Below, in pieces: positions 8,943 to 16,540 of a DNA stretch of 59,297 nucleotides. A program made the translations under genes and the position numbers. Each line of letters starts with the position of its first letter. The first letter of the stretch is position 1. The notes under the pieces are model-generated. The model worked only from the letters and a program-made list of their open reading frames with translations. It was not told the origin of the DNA and did no database searches. Source of the stretch: a virus; IMG/VR virus record IMGVR_UViG_3300045988_117970; one strand, given 5' to 3'.

Positions 8943-9725
8943 TCATACTGTACCCAAACCGCACCCTGTGCAGCCTTTACAGTCATGCTGTACCCAGTTA
9001 CCGTTCTCGTCCTTGTGGTAGCATTTTGACATTTCACCCCAGCACAACTCATAGCAGCTATAGGCTTCTTTTGAGCAATTTTCATAATATCCAACAGATT
9101 CCTCTGTCTCTTTGCCTTCCTCAAAAATTCTATATCCGGTATTGTTTCCAGTATCTTCATCAGCCCACCAATGCTCAATCTTTACTCTCGGATACATTTC
9201 TGCCAGCTTTCTGATTACCGGTTCTGGATTCGCCCATGCTGTGCTGAACTTAATACAGTCCGTTCCTTCTGTCTCGTTGTCGTAAGCGTTCCATTTTGTA
9301 TCCCAGTTTGCAATGCACCAGTCATACCATGAGGCGTAGCCATAATTCTGGAGATTTTCCACATAGGCTTTTCCATCCTCGTACATTTTCTTACACTTTG
9401 CCTCTGTTTCATCAAACGCACGCTCCATAACCTTGTTGAATATCCTCTGAATCCATTCTTCGCTTCCAAACATGTTGTTTGCGATCATTTTTGTAATTAC
9501 AGCTTTCTTCTCTGCAGAAACCCTGCTTACTGGCACTGTGCATCTATCGGTCAAATAATAGATTGCATAGTCGTCTATCATAGATCCGCTATCCATATTC
9601 AGGCTCTCTGGCATTGGAATCATTTTATTGAAATCAAATCCCTTGCTTCCGTCGTCGTATGTTCGAAATAATGGAAGCTCTGTTATTCCCTGCATTTTAA
9701 TTACATTTCTTACATGATTTGGCAT
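8943..9725 (-). CDS. DUF1281 / Api92-like protein
   Basis: MPNHVRN...ANWDTKWNAYD...FSTAWANPEPV motifs; Cys-rich C-terminus. Confidence 0.55.
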   Translation of the reverse strand: MPNHVRNVIKMQGITELPLFRTYDDGSKGFDFNKMIPMPESLNMDSGSMIDDYAIYYLTDRCTVPVSRVSAEKKAVITKMIANNMFGSEEWIQRIFNKVMERAFDETEAKCKKMYEDGKAYVENLQNYGYASWYDWCIANWDTKWNAYDNETEGTDCIKFSTAWANPEPVIRKLAEMYPRVKIEHWWADEDTGNNTGYRIFEEGKETEESVGYYENCSKEAYSCYELCWGEMSKCYHKDENGNWVQHDCKGCTGCGLGTV

Positions 9726-9929
9726 TTATTCTTCGTCCTCCCTTGTCCAATATCCAACTTTATTTCCGTTGATATCCATAATTGCTCCAGATTCTTTTCC
9801 CTTTCGCAGCTCTGCCACTACTTTTCTCATGATTCTGGAAATTTCATTTCCTTCAAAAGCCTTATCTTCGCCGCCGGTTTCTGGATTTTTAAATGCAGCG
9901 CCGCCGGTTTCAATCTCCATTCTGAACAT
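9726..9929 (-). CDS. Small hypothetical protein
   Basis: AAGGGAGAG RBS before the ATG at 9929 (MFRMEIETGGAAF...). Confidence 0.55.
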   Translation of the reverse strand: MFRMEIETGGAAFKNPETGGEDKAFEGNEISRIMRKVVAELRKGKESGAIMDINGNKVGYWTREDEE

Positions 9930-10001
9930 ATTTTCTCTCCCTTCTGCTCGTTTTTGTATGCTTGCGCAGTTTTTTAACTTACATTTGTTAGTCATTGCCG
10001 T

Positions 10002-10030
10002 AAAAAAATAGACCGCTGCATTACTGCGGT
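10002..10030 (-). terminator. Intrinsic terminator
   Basis: Minus strand ACCGC-N9-GCGGT hairpin followed by CTATTTTTTT, directly after the stop at 10032. Confidence 0.5.
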
Positions 10031-10031
10031 A

Positions 10032-10442
10032 TTACCATATTCTTTCAAGCCCTCCGGCTGCGGTTCTTTTTATCCCAATGCTACCAAATTCGCTGCAATC
10101 ATCAGCATTCATATTTTTCACATACACCAGCTGCTGGCCTGCCATCAGATCATCGTTATCCAATGTCCATTCCTCAATCTCAGCTCCAACATACAGGATA
10201 TTGTACAACATTCCAATGCTCGTCGGAGTTTTAATCAAGTGATACACTACCTTGTTATGGTCTTTTTCAAACCTTTTTACAATCTGCTGTTCTTCGTCCG
10301 TCAGTCAGTAAAGCAGTCCCGGTCCTTCGGATCTGTTCAGCTTGCCTTCCTCTTTGAACTCACGCACCACATTCGGGTGCAGTCCCCATTTCAGCAGTCT
10401 ACTGACCGCTTCCTCTTTCATCTTCTTTCTGCTTGTTTCCAT
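10032..10442 (-). pseudogene. ORF interrupted by a single in-frame TGA (10305-10307)
   Basis: AGGAGG RBS and ATG at 10442. METSRKKMKEEAVSRLLKWGLHPNVVREFKEEGKLNRSEGPGLLY-TGA-LTDEEQQIVKRFEKDHNKVVYHLIK... continues in the same frame to 10032. Confidence 0.6.
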
Positions 10443-10454
10443 CTGTTCTGCCTC

Positions 10455-10700
10455 CTAAAATATATTGTTTAAAGTATAAAAGTAACCTCGGTTCCATACC
10501 TTTGTAATATGTTCTATTCTTTCATCAATAGTCTTATCGTCCAGCACTTCCACTTCTTCTAAATGACAACTGCAACTTTCACACCCAACCATAAAATTGC
10601 CATCGGGTTTAATTTCAAAATGTGCAGCTCCTCCGCAGAATTCGCACCGATGTAATTTTGAATCGTCAAAAATGATTCGTTTGAAGCAACCGCAACTCAT
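10455..10700 (-). CDS. Lar-like Zn-ribbon protein (possible restriction alleviation)
   Basis: CEFCGGAAHF...VGCESCSC...VWNRG pattern; 81 aa. Confidence 0.45.
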   Translation of the reverse strand: MSCGCFKRIIFDDSKLHRCEFCGGAAHFEIKPDGNFMVGCESCSCHLEEVEVLDDKTIDERIEHITKVWNRGYFYTLNNIF

Positions 10701-10732
10701 ATATCAGCACCTCTTTCTGTTGTCAATGTAGC

Positions 10733-11320
10733 TTACGCCGCCTTGACAACATTTCTTAATGATTTCAGAAATTCTTTCCACTTTGCTTCATGGATAATAT
10801 CGTCATACTCACCTTTTCCGGTTTCTACAATGAAGCCATTACCAATTCTACACCAGTAGCCCTCGTCGTCCTTTCGGAGCATTAAGATTGCCGGCTGTTT
10901 TTTCTTTGGGATATATCCCATAAGCCACATATTGATCTCCGGCTCTTCAGCAGATTCTTCCGCTGCCGCCTCGCTGGTTTCCACTTCGGTAATTTCTTCC
11001 TTTTCCTCTTCGGAAATAAATACCTGTGTTTCTTCCTCAACAACTTCCGGCTGCTCTGTCACCTGCTGTTTCGCTGCCTGTTCTTCGACAACTTCGCTGG
11101 CTTCTACTGTTTCAGCAGCTTCATTGACTTCATGCACATAAGTTCTGGCTGCTGAAATACATTTCTTCTTGTTCTCGCCAGTAACCACCTGCTCACCATC
11201 CGGCGTTTTTGCTACCCAGTAAGAAACCATGCCGTTCTTGTCCGCTGCTGTGTTTTCAGGATCATAGTTTTCAACCTTTTCAAAAGTCATATCCTTAAAT
11301 CTTAATGTTGTATTTGCCAT
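10733..11320 (-). CDS. Highly acidic early protein
   Basis: 195 aa with a Glu-rich segment of about 60 aa. First gene after the near-consensus promoter P2. Confidence 0.6.
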   Translation of the reverse strand: MANTTLRFKDMTFEKVENYDPENTAADKNGMVSYWVAKTPDGEQVVTGENKKKCISAARTYVHEVNEAAETVEASEVVEEQAAKQQVTEQPEVVEEETQVFISEEEKEEITEVETSEAAAEESAEEPEINMWLMGYIPKKKQPAILMLRKDDEGYWCRIGNGFIVETGKGEYDDIIHEAKWKEFLKSLRNVVKAA

Positions 11321-11365
11321 GCTCGTATCCTCCTTGTAAAAGCTCTCTTGTTTTTATCTGTCTCT

Positions 11366-11394
11366 ATTCTAGCTTACATATGTAAGTTTGTCAA
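11366..11394 (-). promoter_or_regulatory. Early promoter P2 (near-consensus) with an operator
   Basis: Minus strand TTGACA (11394-11389), 17-nt spacer, TAGAAT (11371-11366). Operator TTACATATGTAA at 11374-11385. Confidence 0.7.
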
Positions 11395-11478
11395 TACTTT
11401 TCACATACTTTTTTAAGTTATTTTTGTGAATTTACTTACATTTGTTGGTCGCGCAAGCATAGCAAATACAGCCTGCAT

Positions 11479-11727
11479 TTATTCCAGCAATTTTCTTCTA
11501 ATCGTGCAGCGAAGATCAGGGCCATCTTCCGGCGAAATCTGAACCAATTCCCAGTCACAATCGCTCGGATCGAAGCTAACATAGCCGTCCGCTGATACCG
11601 ATAATGTGATTGTCTTTTCCACGCCATGCTTTACCAGCAGCTCACGGATTCCTGTAATGTGCGGCCACAGATCCTTGCACAGCGCTTCCATTTCCTGTTC
11701 GTTAATTTTTTTCTTTTCTTCTGCCAT
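11479..11727 (-). CDS. Hypothetical protein
   Basis: 82-aa ORF. Confidence 0.55.
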   Translation of the reverse strand: MAEEKKKINEQEMEALCKDLWPHITGIRELLVKHGVEKTITLSVSADGYVSFDPSDCDWELVQISPEDGPDLRCTIRRKLLE

Positions 11728-11743
11728 AGTCTTTTCCTCCTTG

Positions 11744-11929
11744 TTATGCCGTTATCGGCTTTCTATGCTTTTCCATTCTAACATCTGCTCTTCCTGCCAA
11801 GTTCTCCCGGTATTCACGCAGGCTTCTCTTCGCATCTTTTCTGGTGTACTCGCTGTTTTCGCATTCCCAGCCATAGCCCCAGTCTGTCATAATATCCCAT
11901 CTGTCTCTGGTTTTTCTCTGATATGCCAT
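11744..11929 (-). CDS. Small hypothetical protein
   Basis: GGGAGG RBS before the ATG at 11929 (MAYQRKTRDRWDIMTDWGYGWECE...). Confidence 0.55.
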   Translation of the reverse strand: MAYQRKTRDRWDIMTDWGYGWECENSEYTRKDAKRSLREYRENLAGRADVRMEKHRKPITA

Positions 11930-11939
11930 AATTGCCTCC

Positions 11940-12317
11940 CTATTCCCCGATGTAGAATCTGTCTTCGTAGCCATCCTCATAGATCGCAACATCATGGTAT
12001 GGATCCATACGGTATCCTGCGATTTTTCCATGTTCCTTTTCCATCGGTGTTTTATGCTCCTTTGTCGGGATCACACTACCATCCAAGAACCCCAGCGCAA
12101 TATCAATATCAGACATTCCAGCTTTTTCGGCTTCATCTTCTGTAATCGGTACATCTTCCTCACGCTGGATTCCCATTGCCTCCATGCACTCCAATCTCGT
12201 CAGCTCATCGTATGCCTTATTCAGATCTGTTTTTACATCAAAGCCCTGCTGCTTTTTCTCAAAGAGCTTTTCAATATGCTTCTGCAGATTCTTTTTCTTC
12301 TTTGCTATCTCTGTCAT
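11940..12317 (-). CDS. Hypothetical protein
   Basis: 125-aa ORF. Confidence 0.55.
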   Translation of the reverse strand: MTEIAKKKKNLQKHIEKLFEKKQQGFDVKTDLNKAYDELTRLECMEAMGIQREEDVPITEDEAEKAGMSDIDIALGFLDGSVIPTKEHKTPMEKEHGKIAGYRMDPYHDVAIYEDGYEDRFYIGE

Positions 12318-12607
12318 ACTGCCTCCCCATGCCGGTGAACCGCATATACAATAACCTGATTCGCTTTCCCGGTGATTCTCTCAAATTCTTCATCGTCCAT
12401 TGGTATCATGTAGAGCTGCACAGCAGCCAGCACATCTCCTGAATATATCTTGCATCCGTAGAGAACGTGCTGCGCTCCGGTTTCTTTCAACAGCTTCGCC
12501 GCTTTCTTTCCTCGTTCAACAAGGATCGCCTGTGCAGCTTTTACGCTTGATACGCACCGCCCAATTACCCGGTGATCTTCATAAAACTGCATTGAAACCT
12601 GTGCCAT
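12314..12607 (-). CDS. Hypothetical protein (first gene after P3)
   Basis: 97-aa ORF with a GGGAGGG RBS. Confidence 0.6.
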   Translation of the reverse strand: MAQVSMQFYEDHRVIGRCVSSVKAAQAILVERGKKAAKLLKETGAQHVLYGCKIYSGDVLAAVQLYMIPMDDEEFERITGKANQVIVYAVHRHGEAV

Positions 12608-12642
12608 TTTCTGTACCCTCCCTTCTGTTTTTATCTGTCTCT

Positions 12643-12671
12643 ACTCTAGCATACATTTGTAAGTTTGTAAA
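12643..12671 (-). promoter_or_regulatory. Early promoter P3 with an operator
   Basis: Minus strand TTTACA (12671-12666), 17-nt spacer, TAGAGT (12648-12643). Operator ATACATTTGTAA at 12651-12662. Confidence 0.6.
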
Positions 12672-12712
12672 TAGAAATAACTTACTTTTGTGATTTATTT
12701 TTGATTATTTAC

Positions 12713-12883
12713 TTACAAAGATAAGTTGATGTCCTTGTCGGTATCTGTACCTGTTTCTGTATCTGTGACCGTATCTGTATCTGTATCTGTTTCCGTATCC
12801 GTATCGGGTTTTTTGGGTTTTCTAAAATATCCCAGAAAACCGAGTGGTTTTTCAATCGCATAAATCATACCGTCCGGTTTTTC
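12713..12883 (-). other. In-frame 56-codon extension after the TAA stop of ORF 12884-13312
   Basis: Reads EKPDGMIYAIEKPLGFLGYFRKPKKPDTDTETDTDTDTVTDTETGTDTDKDINLSL, then TAA at 12713-12715. Confidence 0.6.
12741..12848. repeat. Tandem GTATCT-like hexamers plus flank; copy 1 of a dispersed repeat
   Basis: About 11 tandem hexamers. 12789-12848 matches 16421-16487 apart from one extra hexamer and a few substitutions. Confidence 0.8.
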
Positions 12884-13312
12884 TTATCCAACTTCCTGCA
12901 AGGTCAGCAAATAGCTTTTCTCTGGTATATTTACTGCTTTCGGTATATCGTTGCCACTGCCAGTAGACACCTGTGCTGTAGCTGCGCCACAGTCCGCAGG
13001 AACGCTCTTTTCTGCATTTGTGGTCTCTAATACCCCTTCAATCTTCTTCGCTCCCTTTCGTGGCCTGCCGCCTTTCATGCCGTTCTTTCTGTTCTGCTCG
13101 CAGCGACGCTCATATTTCTCGCAGTCATAATCCATCTGCTGTCTGATAAACAGAAACGCAATCTGCTCCATACCACTAAGGTTCTTCGGTTCCTCACCAT
13201 TCTTATAATTCACCAACGCTTTAAATAATCTGCCTGCCTCACTGTCGGTCAGTGCGTTGACCTGTTCCGCATAGCTGCCATAAATCTTGAAAGCGCTTTT
13301 CTTATCTACCAT
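12884..13312 (-). CDS. Paralog of the N-terminal domain of replication protein 51263-51949
   Basis: KSAFKIYGSYAEQVNALTDSEAGRLFKAL...NRKNGMKGGRPRK aligns by eye with KKAFYLYNDYIDHVKLMSDEDAGKLFKAI...NRANGMKGGRPRK. Confidence 0.65.
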   Translation of the reverse strand: MVDKKSAFKIYGSYAEQVNALTDSEAGRLFKALVNYKNGEEPKNLSGMEQIAFLFIRQQMDYDCEKYERRCEQNRKNGMKGGRPRKGAKKIEGVLETTNAEKSVPADCGAATAQVSTGSGNDIPKAVNIPEKSYLLTLQEVG

Positions 13313-13521
13313 CAGCCCATCTCCTTTCCGCTCTGCATTTTTTCATAGGCCTGCGCCGCTGCTGCCACAAATTCCTGCTGATCTGATTCGCAGAATGTAT
13401 CATAAATGCACCAAACCAGATCCTGAACACCAAACATCTTTACCATAGCCCCCAGCACACACTCTGCGCCCTCCGGGCTCTTCATCAACATTTCCAGCAT
13501 CCTTTGTCTCCTTTCAATCAA
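13312..13521 (-). CDS. Hypothetical protein
   Basis: 69-aa ORF with overlapping start and stop. Confidence 0.5.
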   Translation of the reverse strand: MIERRQRMLEMLMKSPEGAECVLGAMVKMFGVQDLVWCIYDTFCESDQQEFVAAAAQAYEKMQSGKEMG

Positions 13522-13787
13522 GCAATTCTGTCTTTATGCTTGCTAAAGTCAATGCTTTCTTTATCCCATCCCCAATTCGCTTTTTCTCTTTCACGAATAT
13601 ATTCCTGCTGCACCAAAATTTCTGTCATCACCTGATTTATAATGCTTTCGCCAGCAACTCCCTTAATCTCCTCGTAAATCCCTGTCGCCACAAGGTACAT
13701 CATGTTGTCAAGTGACTTCTGGTTGTTTCTGTATTTTTCTCTTGTCTGTGCTACTGTAATTGTATTCAGTGATTCTGGCTTTTTCAT
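13518..13787 (-). CDS. Hypothetical protein
   Basis: 89-aa ORF. Confidence 0.5.
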   Translation of the reverse strand: MKKPESLNTITVAQTREKYRNNQKSLDNMMYLVATGIYEEIKGVAGESIINQVMTEILVQQEYIREREKANWGWDKESIDFSKHKDRIA

Positions 13788-13806
13788 TGTTCGCAGTCCC
13801 CTTTCT

Positions 13807-14001
13807 TTATCGCAAAATTGTTACCTTGCACTTGTTGCAAGCTCCATCTAAATCCGCTTCTACCATTTTTTCCGCAGCGTACCCAAGAATCTGATCCTGA
13901 AACCAATTACCTTTAGCCAGTAATGCGCCATCTTTGTAAATCTTAATCTCCGTTCTATCATTGACCGCTGCAATAACCTGTCTCATTGTCATAACTGCCA
14001 T
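13807..14001 (-). CDS. Hypothetical protein
   Basis: 64-aa ORF. Confidence 0.5.
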   Translation of the reverse strand: MAVMTMRQVIAAVNDRTEIKIYKDGALLAKGNWFQDQILGYAAEKMVEADLDGACNKCKVTILR

Positions 14002-14357
14002 TGCTGACTCCTTTCTGAGAAGCAGCTCTTACCTGCCTCTCCAACCTTTCTTGCACTTACTTTCTTCATAGCCTTGTAAATCATCTCGTCGCTTACGTCT
14101 CTATGAATTTTGCTCCAAAGCATGTATACCATTTCAAATACTGTTTCGTCGCTTCCCTCATACATTACAGTAACGCAATACTCTCTGCCTGATTCCTCGA
14201 TAGCTTCAACCTCCTGCGTACCGGTCAGTGAAAAGCAATGTGACACTCCAAACTCATTGAGCATTTCATCTAATTTCTCCAGCTTTTCTTCTGTGCATTC
14301 CTGCACGCCCTCACGGTTTGTAATATTTAAGTAGCAATCATAAATTTTTAACTTCAT
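13989..14357 (-). CDS. Hypothetical protein
   Basis: GGAGGG RBS before the ATG at 14357 (MKLKIYDCYLN...). Confidence 0.55.
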   Translation of the reverse strand: MKLKIYDCYLNITNREGVQECTEEKLEKLDEMLNEFGVSHCFSLTGTQEVEAIEESGREYCVTVMYEGSDETVFEMVYMLWSKIHRDVSDEMIYKAMKKVSARKVGEAGKSCFSERSQQWQL

Positions 14358-14470
14358 GTTTATGCCCTCCATTTCTTTTTCCTTATGTCTCTACTCTACA
14401 CTAGATTGAGTGCCGAGTCCATAGGTGACATGCACAAAGTTAAGTGTCTAAACTTGTCAAAATTATACAC

Positions 14471-14499
14471 TTGTTTGAGTGCATATTTTGTGTTAGAAT
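14471..14499 (+). promoter_or_regulatory. Promoter of the plus-strand accessory cassette
   Basis: TTGTTT (14471-14476), 17-nt spacer, TAGAAT (14494-14499), with an extended -10 TGTTAGAAT. Confidence 0.55.
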
Positions 14500-14547
14500 C
14501 TGTAGTATAGAAAAGTCATTCATTCACATTGAAGGGAGAAAATCACC

Positions 14548-14775
14548 ATGATAAGCTATCAGAAACTTTTTGATAAATTGAAAGAAGAAGGCTGGTCTTT
14601 CTACCGGGTGCGCCAAGAGAAACTGATCGGACAGGGAACTCTTACCCGCCTGCGGAACCAGTCCGGCGGACTTGACAGCAAGACTCTGAATAAAATCTGT
14701 CGGACATTTAATTGCCAGCCCGGGGATCTTATGGAATATATTCCAGACGAAGGCAGCGAATCTGATTCAGAATAA
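14548..14775 (+). CDS. XRE/Cro-type HTH DNA-binding protein
   Basis: 75 aa; GQGTLTRLRNQSGGLDSKTLNKICRTFNCQPGDLMEY is a typical HTH_26-like pattern; GGGAGA RBS. Confidence 0.7.
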   Translation: MISYQKLFDKLKEEGWSFYRVRQEKLIGQGTLTRLRNQSGGLDSKTLNKICRTFNCQPGDLMEYIPDEGSESDSE

Positions 14776-14853
14776 TATGCGCTTTTCTCCTTGTAGAGTT
14801 TCTGTTTTTGGGATATGATGATAGAAAAAGTGAACTCACAAAGGAGAGAGTGT

Positions 14854-15495
14854 ATGAAAAAAATATCACATTTTATTTTACCCCCCCCCCGGAAATTTTT
14901 GCACAATTCTCTGAATATAGCAAAAATTTCCTTATTTCTCTGTTTTGCTGGCTGTTCAACGGTATCTGCTGAACCCGCCACTGAAATATCCCAGATTGAT
15001 TCCTTCCGAGGGTATGACTGGGGAACAACATTTGACGATATAAAGGGCAAAGAAATCACATCAGATATGCTGGAATACAGAGATTATAGAATTGATGAAG
15101 TAGGAAGCGTGGATGGGCTTACAGACCTGTGCATATACAATGGTTCTGTGGATACATATGATACCAACGTCGAATATCTGTTTCTGAACGATAAGTTGGT
15201 ATCTGGCGGATATGATATGGATATTGACGATTCCAATTATGAGGATATATGCGATGGAATCTCGGAAAAGTATGGAGATCCAGATATTGAGAAATCGTCA
15301 ACCGGTTGGGGCGACTGCTCTATGTGGATTGACGATAGTCAGAATGTGATTCTTGTCTCAGAAATGTTAGGACTCTTGTACTTCCAGAATGATAAATCCA
15401 TAATAGATCTATTTTCGGAAAGTTTGGAGAAATTCCACGAAATTGATATTGATAGAGAATTACAGAAAGCCGGTGATGGATATGTCGGATATTAA
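14854..15495 (+). CDS. Putative secreted lipoprotein
   Basis: AAAGGAGAG RBS; MKKISHFILPPPRKF...ISLFLCFAGC has a lipobox-like FAGC. C10 tract at 14881-14890. Confidence 0.6.
   Translation: MKKISHFILPPPRKFLHNSLNIAKISLFLCFAGCSTVSAEPATEISQIDSFRGYDWGTTFDDIKGKEITSDMLEYRDYRIDEVGSVDGLTDLCIYNGSVDTYDTNVEYLFLNDKLVSGGYDMDIDDSNYEDICDGISEKYGDPDIEKSSTGWGDCSMWIDDSQNVILVSEMLGLLYFQNDKSIIDLFSESLEKFHEIDIDRELQKAGDGYVGY
14881..14890 (+). repeat. Poly-C (C10) homopolymer inside the lipoprotein signal-peptide region
   Basis: Ten consecutive C, encoding PPP(R). Confidence 0.95.
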
Positions 15496-16393
15496 GCTCT
15501 TTTCCGTCCACCCAGAGGTCCGGCAAATGGTCGCTTCCGAAGTGCTTCTCGAAAGAGATTTGCAGACTTTGATTGAAAATAACATGGACGCATTCTTTGG
15601 TGTGCGTTTCCTGAAAAGTGAATACGTCATTACCAATGGCAGAATGGACAGTATCGGCATTGATGAAAATAATTGCCCGGTCATATTTGAATATAAGCGA
15701 AGCAGCAATGAAAATGTCATAAATCAGGGGCTTTTCTATTTGGACTGGCTGCTGGATCACAAGGCAGATTTTCAGCTCCTTGTTGCGGATATTCTCGGAC
15801 AGGACACGGCCACTTCCATAGACTGGTCAATGCCATGCGTGATCTGTATCGCAAGCGGCTTCACGAAATATGATCTCCATGCAGTAAATCAAATGCAGCG
15901 CAATATTAAATTGGTGCGGTACCAGAAATACGGAAATGATCTGGTTCTGTTTGAACATCTGAATGCTCCTGCTGTGCCGCCTATTCCGGTCAACAATTCG
16001 GATTTTCCGAACAGTTCCGCTATCAAGAAGTCCGGCGATCAGAAAACACATCTGGAAAAGCTGTCTGCCGCGCCGCGCGAATTGCAAGATATATACCACT
16101 CTCTTTGCGACTACATAGAATCTCTCGGGGACGATATTGTTCCTAACCAGTTAAAATTATATCTCGCATACCGCAAGACAAAGAATATTATCTGTATTGA
16201 GATTTTTAGGAAAATGATTCTGCTGCACCTTAAAATAAATCCAGATGATATAGAGCTGGAAGATGGATTTACCAGAGATATGAGAAACATCGGACATTAT
16301 GGAACCGGCGACCTGCAGGTTACGATCAGGACGGCAAGGGACTATGAAAAGGCAAAGCTACTTTTAAATCTGGCGTATAATGCAGCTCAATAA
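15476..16393 (+). CDS. PD-(D/E)xK (NucS/RecB-like) nuclease-fold protein with a DUF5655-like C-terminal domain
   Basis: GRMDSIGIDENNCPVIFEYKR (D...ExK) and C-terminal RDMRNIGHYGTGDLQV motif. The start overlaps the lipoprotein stop. Confidence 0.6.
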   Translation: MDMSDIKLFSVHPEVRQMVASEVLLERDLQTLIENNMDAFFGVRFLKSEYVITNGRMDSIGIDENNCPVIFEYKRSSNENVINQGLFYLDWLLDHKADFQLLVADILGQDTATSIDWSMPCVICIASGFTKYDLHAVNQMQRNIKLVRYQKYGNDLVLFEHLNAPAVPPIPVNNSDFPNSSAIKKSGDQKTHLEKLSAAPRELQDIYHSLCDYIESLGDDIVPNQLKLYLAYRKTKNIICIEIFRKMILLHLKINPDDIELEDGFTRDMRNIGHYGTGDLQVTIRTARDYEKAKLLLNLAYNAAQ

Positions 16394-16490
16394 TTGATTT
16401 CCGTACCTGTATCCTTATCCGTTTCCGTATCCGTATCTGTATCGGGTTTTTTGGGTTTTTTGAATTATCCCAGAAAACCGAACGGTTATC
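16394..16490. repeat. Copy 2 of the Asp-Thr-repeat-coding segment (gene remnant)
   Basis: The minus strand reads PFGFLG-TAA-FKKPKKPDTDTDTETDKDTGTEINY, preceded by stops. It is homologous to 12741-12848. Confidence 0.8.
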
Positions 16491-16495
16491 ACAAC

Positions 16496-16530
16496 GTCAA
16501 AAAGCCCCGGAAGCACATTGCCTCCGGGGG
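16496..16530. terminator. Bidirectional intrinsic terminator (endolysin operon / plus-strand cassette)
   Basis: CCCCGGAAG...CTCCGGGG hairpin flanked by A5 and T5 runs. Confidence 0.7.
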
Positions 16531-16540
16531 TACATTTTTC

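Noticed and set aside
12741-12806. Regularly spaced short repeats that could suggest a CRISPR array (also at 16400-16445)
   Set aside because: The units are contiguous 6-bp GTATCT-like hexamers with no spacers. They translate as an Asp-Thr repeat on the minus strand. This is a coding microsatellite, not a CRISPR array.
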